64,000 bases of DNA. Origin: an uncultured Collinsella sp. GTDB taxonomy: Bacteria; Actinomycetota; Coriobacteriia; Coriobacteriales; Coriobacteriaceae. The notes beneath the pieces were generated by a model. It was not told the DNA's origin and did not search any database. It saw only the letters and a program-made list of their open reading frames with translations. This document shows, piece by piece, positions 11,828-20,592 of this stretch. The DNA lies in assembly GCA_902493895.1 (NCBI GenBank), contig CABUQW010000003.1, positions 13,997 to 77,996 on the forward strand, read 5' to 3'. Every line of letters begins with the position of its first letter. The first letter of the stretch is position 1. The position numbers and the translations under genes are program-made.

Positions 11828-11996
11828 TTCTCGGTTTGTCTCGTTCTGTAACAGGTAGACCCTTATTTGCCGAGTAGTTGTTACAGATCTAGATAAACGG
11901 GCACCGCTGAACAATTCATCTCGATCCGTAACATCTGGACCCAAAAACGGCCGCTAGATGTTATGGATTGAGATGGTGAACGCCGGGGCCGAAGAT

Positions 11997-12030
11997 CACC
12001 ACAAAGGCTCCTGTCCCCTTTGTGGTGGTG
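11997..12030. repeat. Palindromic repeat family, copy 2
   Basis: CACCACAAAGG-CTCCTGTCC-CCTTTGTGGTG, followed by a G9 run. Confidence 0.75.
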
Positions 12031-12086
12031 GGGGGGGGCGAGCTCGATGCTGCCGTGCTCGCTGAACGACATTCTAATGAGCGTCT

Positions 12087-12755
12087 CTACAGGATTTCAT
12101 CTGGGCTGGCGGGCTTGGTTGTTTTGGGGATGCCGAGTTTGGATGACGCGAAATCGTCAACATTGTCCTTAATTCCGTCTTTGGTGTAGACAGTGACCAT
12201 ATAGGTGCTGTGTCCGAATTCGCCCTTGTCGCGTGTTGCCCAGGCATCCCAGTAGGCGGCCCCGTTTCGCCCTTTGATTTTTCCGACACGGCGGAGTTCT
12301 GTTCGCTTTAATTTCCGGTTGCTATAGATGGTTCGACCGGCTTCCGCGGTGAGCCCGCACTGTCCAAGCAGCTTGTCGAGGATTTGGTTCATGTGGCGCT
12401 CATCGGTGTTTGGTGCGTAGTCGTAGGCGAGGGTGATGGAGTCGAGTGGCTGGTCGTCGATCAGATAGTTTAGCGCCTGAGGTTCAAGGCAGAAATAGGG
12501 GGAGCATCCGTCGACCTTGCCGAGCAACGGTAACTTGGACTGCCAACTTCCGGTGGGAATTGCATATTCGTAGAACACGCCACGGCAGACAAAGGAGAGC
12601 GAGGTGGCACGCGAGCCGGCGTCGATCATCCCGCAAAGATCGAAGGGCGAGGCGATACCAAAAGAAAAGGGCGTGATGACGATAAGGAAGAGCATCACGA
12701 TGGGTATGGCGAGAATGGCGATGACGTTGCGACCGGTGGAATGAGACGGCTTCAC
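12087..12755 (-). CDS. Hypothetical membrane-anchored protein
   Basis: ORF with an N-terminal TM helix (VIAILAIPIVMLFLIVITPF). GTG 12755 is preceded by GAGGAG; the track start at 12773 is a TTG. I recognise no family. Confidence 0.55.
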   Translation of the reverse strand: MKPSHSTGRNVIAILAIPIVMLFLIVITPFSFGIASPFDLCGMIDAGSRATSLSFVCRGVFYEYAIPTGSWQSKLPLLGKVDGCSPYFCLEPQALNYLIDDQPLDSITLAYDYAPNTDERHMNQILDKLLGQCGLTAEAGRTIYSNRKLKRTELRRVGKIKGRNGAAYWDAWATRDKGEFGHSTYMVTVYTKDGIKDNVDDFASSKLGIPKTTKPASPDEIL

Positions 12756-12865
12756 ATGCGCTCCTCGAGACAAAGATCTGTTGAGGATAGGCAGAAATGG
12801 ATATGTTCAGAGAACAATTCAAGTTTAATCTCATGGCGCGAGATGGTCGACCGTTAGCGTCGAAA

Positions 12866-12900
12866 ACCACCACAAAGGTGCCTGTCCCCTTTGTGGTGGT
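12866..12900. repeat. Palindromic repeat family, copy 3
   Basis: ACCACCACAAAGG-TGCCTGTCC-CCTTTGTGGTGGT. Confidence 0.75.
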
Positions 12901-12950
12901 GAGGAGCGCGCGGCTCCTTTTGGTAATAGTGCTGGCTGGCGGTATCATTA

Positions 12951-13661
12951 GTGCAGGTGGCGAAGGTTTGCATTGTGGGGTGTTTTGCCGTGAGCCGTTT
13001 TGCCCGTATTGGATTGATTGTTTTGGCGCTTGCGATCACCGTGGTTGGCATGGGCGCTGTCGGCATGGCGTTTCTGCCTGCTGCGGTGACGGAGCCGGTG
13101 GTCAAGCCTGTGATTCAATCTGTCGAACTTCTGACCGGCGACGACAAGCCTGAGACCATTACCGTTGATTTTGATGAGCAACCGGCTGCGCTTGGCATTA
13201 GTAATTATCCACATATTCAGCTTGGGGCCATGCGCTATACCACGGATACAAGCCTGATCGATAGGACGTCCGAGCTACTCAAGGGCAAAACATTTAAGCG
13301 TTGGTACGGATATGCGTCCTATCGGGCAAAAGCGAACGACATGGTTGGCGGATGCCACTCTTCTATCGAGCTGGACACTGCAAACGGCGCAAAGTTATGT
13401 GATGTCTCGTACGATCCGGGCTACGAGGGCAATGAGGGTCCGGGCATCTACATCATGGACGGCGATGTCGCCTATGTCATGGAGGGCGACCAGACCGAGC
13501 TCAACGATTTTATGGGTCAGTGTATCCAAGATGCCTATAAACAGACCTGCTTGCCTGACCCGCAGACTGCACGCGATAGTGGGTCTGCCCGTACATGGCT
13601 GTTCGAGGATGAGATGCCCTGGACCGTCGAATCGGGAAGTACGGGTTCGGCGAAGGAGTAG
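12951..13661 (+). CDS. Hypothetical membrane-anchored/secreted protein
   Basis: ORF with an N-terminal hydrophobic anchor (IGLIVLALAITVVGMGAVGMAFL). The start codon is uncertain (GTG 12951 or GTG 12990). I recognise no family. Confidence 0.55.
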   Translation: MQVAKVCIVGCFAVSRFARIGLIVLALAITVVGMGAVGMAFLPAAVTEPVVKPVIQSVELLTGDDKPETITVDFDEQPAALGISNYPHIQLGAMRYTTDTSLIDRTSELLKGKTFKRWYGYASYRAKANDMVGGCHSSIELDTANGAKLCDVSYDPGYEGNEGPGIYIMDGDVAYVMEGDQTELNDFMGQCIQDAYKQTCLPDPQTARDSGSARTWLFEDEMPWTVESGSTGSAKE

Positions 13662-13668
13662 AGACCGC

Positions 13669-13704
13669 GACCACCACAAAGGTGTCTGTCCCCTTTGTGG
13701 TGGT
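13669..13704. repeat. Palindromic repeat family, copy 4
   Basis: GACCACCACAAAGG-TGTCTGTCC-CCTTTGTGGTGGTT, lying 8 nt after the stop of the 12951-13661 gene. Confidence 0.75.
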
Positions 13705-13728
13705 TTGCATGTCGTGGGAACACTCAGA

Positions 13729-13755
13729 AAATCTTATATATAGAGACTTAGATTT
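13729..13755 (+). promoter_or_regulatory. Candidate HspR operator upstream of clpB (AAATCT-N15-AGATTT)
   Basis: AAATCTTATAT..GACTTAGATTT, the same blocks and spacing as upstream of dnaK. Confidence 0.5.
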
Positions 13756-13844
13756 ATGTATAAGATCGCACAAAGCTGGCAACAATACTTCTCGAACAAC
13801 GTGAAGCCGCCCCGTAGGGCGGCCGCCCCAAGAGAGGTGATTCC

Positions 13845-16472
13845 ATGAGAATCGATAAGCTAGCAATGACGTCGCGCGAGGCGTTGCAGACCGCCATGAG
13901 CACGGCTGCCGATGCGCAGGCCGGCGCGGTGGAGCCGATTCACCTGCTGTCTGCCCTGCTCGGTGCCGGCGAGCGCAATATCTCCGTGATCATCGAGCGC
14001 ATCGGCGCTGATCCGGCCCAGCTCGCACGCTCCACGCAGGATGCCGTCGACCGCGCGCCCAAGGTTTCGGGCGAGGGTCAGCAGATGGGCCTGTCCAACG
14101 AGCTCGTCCGCGTCATCGAAAAGGCCGAGAAGAAGGCCACCAAGATGGGCGACAGCTTTGTGGTGACCGAGCATCTGCTGATGGCGCTTGCCGAGGACAA
14201 GGGCGAGGCTGGTCGTGTACTGCGTGACGCTGGCGTGACCAAGGAGCGCATCGAGCAGGTCTACGAGGAGCTGCGTGGCGATGACCGCGTGACGTCTGCC
14301 GAGGACAAGACCCAGTTTGAGGCGTTGGAGCAGTACGGTCGCAACATCTGCGATCTTGCCCGCGCCGGTAAGCTCGACCCGGTCATCGGCCGTACCGACG
14401 AGATCCGCCGTACCATTCAGGTTCTGTCCCGCCGCACCAAGAACAACCCCGTGCTCATCGGTGAGCCGGGCGTCGGTAAAACGGCTATCGTCGAGGGCAT
14501 CGCCCAGCGTATCGTGGCCGGCGATGTGCCGAGCACCCTGCGCGACCGCGACCTCATCGAGCTCGACATGAGCGCGTTGGTCGCCGGCGCCAAGTACCGT
14601 GGTGAGTTCGAGGACCGCTTAAAGGCCGTGCTCAAAGAAGTGCAAAAATCCGAAGGTAAGGTCATCCTGTTCATCGATGAGCTTCACACCATTGTGGGCG
14701 CGGGTGCCACCGAGGGCTCCATGGACGCAGGCAACATCCTCAAGCCGGCGCTCGCCCGTGGCGACCTGCATGCGATCGGCGCGACCACGCTCGACGAATA
14801 CCGCAAGTACATCGAGAAGGACGCGGCGCTCGCCCGTCGTTTCCAGACCGTTATGGTGAGCGAGCCTACCGTCGAGGACACCATCTCGATTCTGCGTGGC
14901 CTCAAGGAGAAGTACGAGATCTTCCACGGCGTGCACATCACCGATAGCGCGCTCGTGGCCGCCGCCGACCTCTCCGATCGCTATATCGCCGACCGCTTCC
15001 TGCCCGACAAGGCCATCGACCTGGTCGATGAGGCGGCAAGCCGCCTGCGCATGGAGCTCGACAGCATGCCGGTCGAGATTGACGCCACCACGCGTCAGCT
15101 CACCCAGCTGCAGATCGAGGAGCAGGCGCTCATGAAGGAGACCGACGACGCCTCCAAGGAGCGTCTGGAGGCCCTGCGTCAGGAGATCGCCGAGGTCCAG
15201 GAAAAACTCAACGTGCAAAAGGCTGGCTGGCTCAACCAGAAGAACGCCATCGACCACGTGCAAGAGCTCAAGGGACAGCTCGACGAGGCCAGGAGCGAAG
15301 AGGAGCGCGCGACGCGCAATGGTGATCTGGGCCGTGCGTCCGAGCTGCGCTACTCCGTGATTCCGGGCCTGCAACAGCAGATTCAGGATTCCGAGGCTGC
15401 GCTCGAGGCGCAAAAGCAGCAGGACGGCGAGGGCCTCAACGAACAGGTGACCTCCGATGAGATCGCCGAGGTCGTGAGTGCCTGGACCGGCGTGCCCGTG
15501 TCCAAGATGATGCAGGGCGAGCTCGACAAGCTGAAGGGCTTGGAGGGTGAGCTGCATAAGCGCGTCATCGGCCAGGACGAGGCCGTCTCCGCCGTCGCCG
15601 CGGCCGTGCGCCGCAGCCGTGCGGGTCTCTCCGATCCGGACAAGCCCATCGGCAGCTTCTTCTTCCTGGGCCCCACCGGCGTGGGCAAGACCGAGCTCGC
15701 CAAGGCGCTTGCCGAGTGCCTGTTCGACGACGAGCGCGCGCTCGTGCGTATCGACATGTCCGAGTACATGGAGAAGTTCAGCGTCCAGCGTCTGATCGGT
15801 GCGCCCCCGGGATACGTGGGTTACGACGAGGGCGGCCAGCTCACCGAGGCCGTGCGCCGTCGCCCCTACTCCGTGATCTTGCTCGACGAGATGGAGAAGG
15901 CCCATCCAGATGTCTTCAACGTGCTGTTGCAGGTGCTTGACGACGGCCGTCTGACCGACGGTCAGGGTCGCCAGGTGTCCTTCAAGAACACGATTATCAT
16001 CATGACGTCTAACGTGGGCTCCAAGGCTATCGCCGAGCTTTCGGGCAAGGACGAGGAGGAGATGCGCCATCAGGTCGACGCGGCCATGGCTCAGACCTTC
16101 CGCCCCGAGTTCCTCAACCGTATCGACGATATCGTGGTGTTCCATCCGCTCGGCATGGCGCAGATCGAGAAGATCGTCGACATCCAGCTCGCCGACGTCC
16201 GCGCGCGTCTGGCCAAGGAGCGCATGACGCTTGCCATCACCCCGGCGGCCAAGCAGATGCTCGCCGTGGGCGGCCTGGACCCGGTCTTTGGCGCCCGTCC
16301 GCTCAAGCGTCTGGTTCAGCGCGAGGTCGTGGATGCCATCGCCGCCGCTATCATCGACGGCACGGTGCGCGAGGGCGATCAGGTGACGGTCGATGCCGAC
16401 AAGGACGGCGGCTTTACCGTCGTGTGCGACAACACGCCGGCGGCCACCTACGAGGTCCCCGACGCCGAGTAG
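13845..16472 (+). CDS. clpB: ATP-dependent chaperone/disaggregase ClpB
   Basis: Two AAA+ modules ([18 protein letters not shown]), a coiled-coil middle domain and a Clp N domain. Confidence 0.97.
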   Translation: MRIDKLAMTSREALQTAMSTAADAQAGAVEPIHLLSALLGAGERNISVIIERIGADPAQLARSTQDAVDRAPKVSGEGQQMGLSNELVRVIEKAEKKATKMGDSFVVTEHLLMALAEDKGEAGRVLRDAGVTKERIEQVYEELRGDDRVTSAEDKTQFEALEQYGRNICDLARAGKLDPVIGRTDEIRRTIQVLSRRTKNNPVLIGEPGVGKTAIVEGIAQRIVAGDVPSTLRDRDLIELDMSALVAGAKYRGEFEDRLKAVLKEVQKSEGKVILFIDELHTIVGAGATEGSMDAGNILKPALARGDLHAIGATTLDEYRKYIEKDAALARRFQTVMVSEPTVEDTISILRGLKEKYEIFHGVHITDSALVAAADLSDRYIADRFLPDKAIDLVDEAASRLRMELDSMPVEIDATTRQLTQLQIEEQALMKETDDASKERLEALRQEIAEVQEKLNVQKAGWLNQKNAIDHVQELKGQLDEARSEEERATRNGDLGRASELRYSVIPGLQQQIQDSEAALEAQKQQDGEGLNEQVTSDEIAEVVSAWTGVPVSKMMQGELDKLKGLEGELHKRVIGQDEAVSAVAAAVRRSRAGLSDPDKPIGSFFFLGPTGVGKTELAKALAECLFDDERALVRIDMSEYMEKFSVQRLIGAPPGYVGYDEGGQLTEAVRRRPYSVILLDEMEKAHPDVFNVLLQVLDDGRLTDGQGRQVSFKNTIIIMTSNVGSKAIAELSGKDEEEMRHQVDAAMAQTFRPEFLNRIDDIVVFHPLGMAQIEKIVDIQLADVRARLAKERMTLAITPAAKQMLAVGGLDPVFGARPLKRLVQREVVDAIAAAIIDGTVREGDQVTVDADKDGGFTVVCDNTPAATYEVPDAE

Positions 16473-16517
16473 GTTTTGGGCCATGCCTTAAAATCTACCA
16501 GCCGTCTCTAAACGCCA

Positions 16518-16554
16518 AGGGCGGCGGATCCAATTGGGTCCGCCGCCCTTTTTC
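16518..16554 (+). terminator. Rho-independent terminator after clpB
   Basis: AGGGCGGCGGATC-CAATTG-GGTCCGCCGCCCT followed by TTTTT. Confidence 0.8.
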
Positions 16555-16597
16555 GTGCGACAATCGATGATATTGAACGGATGCGATGCGAGGAGCT

Positions 16598-16798
16598 ATG
16601 CAGATGAAAGACGAGATCAAGACAAGCGCGCCGGCGACCGATGCCGCACCCGCCGCACCCAAGCCTGTGCCTAAGCCGGCGCCCAAGCCGCGCGACCCCT
16701 ACATCCGTGCCGAGAACGAGGACGACGACGGCTACGACCCCTACAGCGATCGCCGCCCCGAGCGCGAGCCAATGTTCGAAGCCGATCCGTGGCGCTGA
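16598..16798 (+). CDS. Small Pro/Asp-rich hypothetical protein (66 aa)
   Basis: ATG preceded by GAGGAG, with high third-position GC. I recognise no family. Confidence 0.45.
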   Translation: MQMKDEIKTSAPATDAAPAAPKPVPKPAPKPRDPYIRAENEDDDGYDPYSDRRPEREPMFEADPWR

Positions 16799-16823
16799 GT
16801 GCCCACCCAAAAGGCCACCAATA

Positions 16824-16890
16824 AGTTGCGGTGAAATAGGGACTGTTTTGCGGTTTGGCCAGTAAAAACAATCCCTATTTCACCGCAACT
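16824..16890. terminator. Long hairpin (19 bp arms) between convergent genes
   Basis: AGTTGCGGTGAAATAGGGA-N29-TCCCTATTTCACCGCAACT. The left arm recurs at 57046-57064. Confidence 0.6.
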
Positions 16891-16931
16891 GCGTTGGGGA
16901 TGTGGGCGTTGGGCGGCTGTCTTCGGGCCGG

Positions 16932-18428
16932 CTAGTCCTGGGCTTTGATACTCGGCAGGAGAATCTGGGCGAGGTAGTCGGTCTCGAGTTTGGTCGCGGC
17001 GTCGGCTTTGCCGTCTTTGCCGACCAGTACGTTCTTGATCTGGCTATAGGTGTAGCGGTTGCCGGTCGTAAGCTCGACAAGCTCAATGGCCGTGTCCATG
17101 GGGTAGGTCGACACGGGATTCTGCGTCCGCCCGTTGATGGTCTGGGGCACCACGTACGGATAGACGGGGCCGCTGGCGTAGACGGTATAACCGTTGCCTA
17201 GATTGGCCGCACCCAAAACCGTATCGCCCTCATCGGGCGTAAAGCTCTCGCCCTCGCGCACCGCGACGAGCGTCACGATCGGCGTATTGCTGTCGCCGGC
17301 AAGATAGATGCATAGCGTGCTGCCATTCTGCCAAGTCTCGACCTTGCCGTACCACTCGACGGGGATATCGAGCTGGTAAAGGTCGGTTGCCTTGTGACGG
17401 GCGTCGGCATCACGGGCCGCCTGTGCCTTTTGCGCGCTCACGGCATTGACGGCGGCGTCGCGCCGCGCGGTTGCCGCCTGCTGGAGCACCTTGGCGGTGG
17501 CGGCGGAGCTCGCGCCTCCCTCCTCGGCATATTTGGCGGCGGCATCGATCTGGTCGTCGGTTACCGTGTCGGCCGAAGGCACCTTGAGCTTAAAGGTAGC
17601 CTGGGCACTTAAATCCTGTCCATCGCTCTTAACGGTGGCCTGCGTCTTGGTGGTCGGGACGGTATAGATGGTGCCGTCGGCCGCGATGGGGGAGGCAGCG
17701 ATGGAGAGCGCGTAATCGCCGGGCAGCAGTTTGATGCCGCGGCCGTGCTCGTCAACATAGAGCGTTTCGCTCACGGAGGAGCCGTCAGAATCCTGACCGC
17801 TCACCTGTACGGGAATCTTGGAGCCAGTGGAACAGTCGAGGCCCGCGGCATGCACGCCAATCTGCACTGACATCATCGTGTGGGCATTGGCGGCGACAGC
17901 GGCAGCCTGCTCTTGCTGATATCCGTTCCAGGCAGCATAGCCTGCACCGCCGGCGACGAGCGCGACGGCCACGACACCGGCGACCATCAGATTGCGGCGC
18001 TTGGGCGACATCTTGCGATGGCGAACCTCGGCCTCGCGTGCCGAGGGAACGGACGGCAGGGGAATATCGCCCATGGCGATGGTCTCGTCCACGGCTGGTG
18101 CGGAACCCAGGCCAGGAAGCTCGCGGGTCAGCGAATCCTCGGCCGGCAAGCTGTCGAGCAAGACGGTTTCCTCGCCCGTGTCGGATTCGGGCTGGTTGCC
18201 GGCCTCGCTTTCGGTGTCTTCGTGATCTGCCTCATCTTCGGTAGGCTCGACGTCGTCTGCATCCTGATCATCGGACTGCGCCTCGGCTTCCGGCTCATCC
18301 TGCACATCAACGCCCGAATCGTCAAACGCAATCTCATCGAGTGAAATTCGGTCTAAGCTCTCCAAGGCCTCAGCGCAAGCTTCTGCATCTTGGGCCGCAT
18401 CCTCTTGACCCATCGTCTCATCTTTCAT
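16932..18428 (-). CDS. Hypothetical single-pass membrane protein with a highly acidic N-terminal region
   Basis: Long ORF with an acidic cytoplasmic N-terminus, a TM helix (LMVAGVVAVALVAGGAGYAAW) and a large extracytoplasmic part. No family recognised. Confidence 0.6.
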   Translation of the reverse strand: MKDETMGQEDAAQDAEACAEALESLDRISLDEIAFDDSGVDVQDEPEAEAQSDDQDADDVEPTEDEADHEDTESEAGNQPESDTGEETVLLDSLPAEDSLTRELPGLGSAPAVDETIAMGDIPLPSVPSAREAEVRHRKMSPKRRNLMVAGVVAVALVAGGAGYAAWNGYQQEQAAAVAANAHTMMSVQIGVHAAGLDCSTGSKIPVQVSGQDSDGSSVSETLYVDEHGRGIKLLPGDYALSIAASPIAADGTIYTVPTTKTQATVKSDGQDLSAQATFKLKVPSADTVTDDQIDAAAKYAEEGGASSAATAKVLQQAATARRDAAVNAVSAQKAQAARDADARHKATDLYQLDIPVEWYGKVETWQNGSTLCIYLAGDSNTPIVTLVAVREGESFTPDEGDTVLGAANLGNGYTVYASGPVYPYVVPQTINGRTQNPVSTYPMDTAIELVELTTGNRYTYSQIKNVLVGKDGKADAATKLETDYLAQILLPSIKAQD

Positions 18429-18557
18429 ATATCCCCCAAGCTCAATATCGGGACAACAATGTACCCAAAAACAGAGTCATATAGAGCTGTCAGGCGATCG
18501 GAAATCTGATTTTATCTGTGCGAGAGGTTTCGAATATGTGCGTGGATGCGCGCAACA

Positions 18558-18599
18558 ACAAAAAGCCCCCGGAAAGCGGACAAATCGCTTTCCGGGGGC
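18558..18599 (-). terminator. Rho-independent terminator of the 18670-19677 gene
   Basis: On the minus strand: GCCCCCGGAAAGCG-N7-CGCTTTCCGGGGGC followed by TTTTTG. Confidence 0.75.
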
Positions 18600-18669
18600 A
18601 TGCAATACGTTGCATTGCGCGGAGCCGGCCAGGCGGCTTCACATTTAAGCGGCGTTTGCGCCGGGTATG

Positions 18670-19677
18670 TTACTCGGCGTGCGCGTAATCAACCTTGGCG
18701 CGGCGAGCGGTAGCCTTCTCCCAATCGCTGGTGCCCTCAAAGACATCCTGCTTGTAGGGATTGCGGCCGAGCTTCTTGGCGCGGTAGGCGATGTAGATGA
18801 TCGCGGCGACGTTGGCGATCAGTGCGGCGATCGAGACCGCGGTAGCGGCACCGGGGTCGAGCGTGGAGTGGGTCACAAAGATGGACTCCTCCTGGAAGTA
18901 CGGGAACACCTGGGCAAACATGCACCAAATAGCCAGCGTAAAGGCGCGGTTCTGGATCCAGCCGCCCTTGTTCCAGATAAAGGCGGCGACGGTGGGCGCC
19001 AGCAGCAGCGCAAAGCCGCAGAACCAGGAGTGGGTGGGCAGGCAGTTGTAGGTGTAGCAGAAGTTCCAGATATCGTAGGCGATGATGTAGACCCAGGTCA
19101 TGTCGGGCCACAGCATATCGGTCTGATCCTCGGAGGCGTAGACGCTCCACCAACCGGTCATGCAGAAGATGTTGATGATACCGGCGATGCCGTTGAACAC
19201 GTTGTTCCAGCCGGCAAGCTGCGTGGCACCCTCGGAGGTGACCCAGGTGGACTGGCCCAGGACAAAGAAGTGATAGGCGCTCTCGAAGTCGGACACGACG
19301 GCGATCATGATGTTGATGGCGACGATCACAAACGGCCACGCGCGGAACCAATGCGCCTTGCCGATCTTGCCCCACTGGTACTTAATGGCAATGAAGCCCC
19401 AGCAACCGGCCAGAGCCGCGTACACCTTGGCATAGTGGAACCAGCTGTTCTGGTACACATGGGTGGGGTTGGTGAGCGCCCACTCGGCGCCCTGTGAGAC
19501 GCCGATGGCGATGGCGACGCAGTAGATGGTCATGGCCAACGGAGCCACGCCAAAGATGATTGCCGCGCCCAGCTTGGTGCGGCGGCCGACCTCGTTGAGC
19601 ACGATCAGGCCAATAAAGACCATGGCCCAGCCGGCCCAGTGGATAAGGGTATCGCTACCCCAAACATCGAACAGCAT
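18670..19677 (-). CDS. Polytopic integral membrane protein of unknown function (Trp/aromatic-rich)
   Basis: 335 aa ORF with about 9-10 hydrophobic segments. AAAGGAGAG lies upstream of the ATG. Confidence 0.7.
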   Translation of the reverse strand: MLFDVWGSDTLIHWAGWAMVFIGLIVLNEVGRRTKLGAAIIFGVAPLAMTIYCVAIAIGVSQGAEWALTNPTHVYQNSWFHYAKVYAALAGCWGFIAIKYQWGKIGKAHWFRAWPFVIVAINIMIAVVSDFESAYHFFVLGQSTWVTSEGATQLAGWNNVFNGIAGIINIFCMTGWWSVYASEDQTDMLWPDMTWVYIIAYDIWNFCYTYNCLPTHSWFCGFALLLAPTVAAFIWNKGGWIQNRAFTLAIWCMFAQVFPYFQEESIFVTHSTLDPGAATAVSIAALIANVAAIIYIAYRAKKLGRNPYKQDVFEGTSDWEKATARRAKVDYAHAE

Positions 19678-19740
19678 GCTGCTCTCCTTTCACACGCCCG
19701 CGGCCCCTCTTCTGATCGCGGGCAGTTTGGCCAAATGTCG

Positions 19741-20421
19741 TCAGTTCTGGGGCTTGCGTTCCGGATACTTGGCGGTATAGCCCTCGATGTGGAGTGTCGA
19801 GGCGATGATTTCCTTGACCGTCTCGTCGGGCACATCGGGGTGCGTGCGGATATACATCAACAACCCCATGATGAGGGTGTAGAACGTCTCGTAGACATGG
19901 TCGATGCGTAGCTCATGATGGGCGACAAAATCCACCACGGTGGTGTCGCAGATATACTGCGCCACGCGTTGGACCACGTTGTGCAGAAAGCCGCCGTAGA
20001 GCGCACCGCTGCTGGAGGTGAGCGTACTCGGCAGCTCATGGCCGCTGGCGACCAGGCGCTTAAAGAGCGGGGCGACGGTGTCGAGTGCGCCCTCGATATC
20101 GCCGACGGTGCGGTTGGCATTCCACTGCTCGAGCTCGGAGATAAAACCGTCGATTGCCTCGTCCATGACGGCGGTGACGGCGGCGTCCATGTCGGCGAAG
20201 TAGTGGTAGAACAGCGAGCGCGTGCAGCCGGCTCGCTTGGCCACGGCCGATACCGATAGGTGGGACACGCCCAGCTCGGAGCTTACGGTGCGCACGGCGG
20301 CGAGGATCTCGCGACGGCGTTCGTCGCCCGTCAAGCGCTTTGCCGCGCTGTCGGATGCGGGGACGGCATTGACCACAGAGGTATCTGCTGTGTTGTTGCC
20401 CATGCGTTTGCCGCCTTTCAT
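19741..20421 (-). CDS. TetR/AcrR-family transcriptional regulator
   Basis: TetR HTH (REILAAVRTVSSELGVSHLSVSAVAKRAGCTRSLFYHYF). ATG 20403 is an alternative start. Confidence 0.85.
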   Translation of the reverse strand: MKGGKRMGNNTADTSVVNAVPASDSAAKRLTGDERRREILAAVRTVSSELGVSHLSVSAVAKRAGCTRSLFYHYFADMDAAVTAVMDEAIDGFISELEQWNANRTVGDIEGALDTVAPLFKRLVASGHELPSTLTSSSGALYGGFLHNVVQRVAQYICDTTVVDFVAHHELRIDHVYETFYTLIMGLLMYIRTHPDVPDETVKEIIASTLHIEGYTAKYPERKPQN

Positions 20422-20462
20422 CCTCTTTTGCCTGACCGTTCGCCTAACAGTCTTGAATATTG

Positions 20463-20500
20463 TTGACGGTTCGTCAATACTATTTTTGACACAATGTCAA
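20463..20500. promoter_or_regulatory. Two 15 bp perfect palindromes (TTGACG-GTT-CGTCAA and TTGACA-CAA-TGTCAA) in the divergent TetR/oxidoreductase intergenic region
   Basis: Read directly at 20463-20477 and 20486-20500. Confidence 0.55.
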
Positions 20501-20592
20501 CAATGGCGGGTGAACGGCATGGGGGCATGTCCGGCCTGCAAAAATGAGGGGTGCCGCGGTCTCGCCGGGCTGTGGCAAGAGAAGGGACAACC

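Noticed and set aside
11798-13704. The palindromes flanking single genes were considered as integron attC sites and gene cassettes.
   Set aside because: No intI integrase or attI is present, the genes are in opposite orientations, and the elements are short perfect palindromes without the R''/L''-L'/R' attC organisation. REP/terminator-like repeats are more likely.
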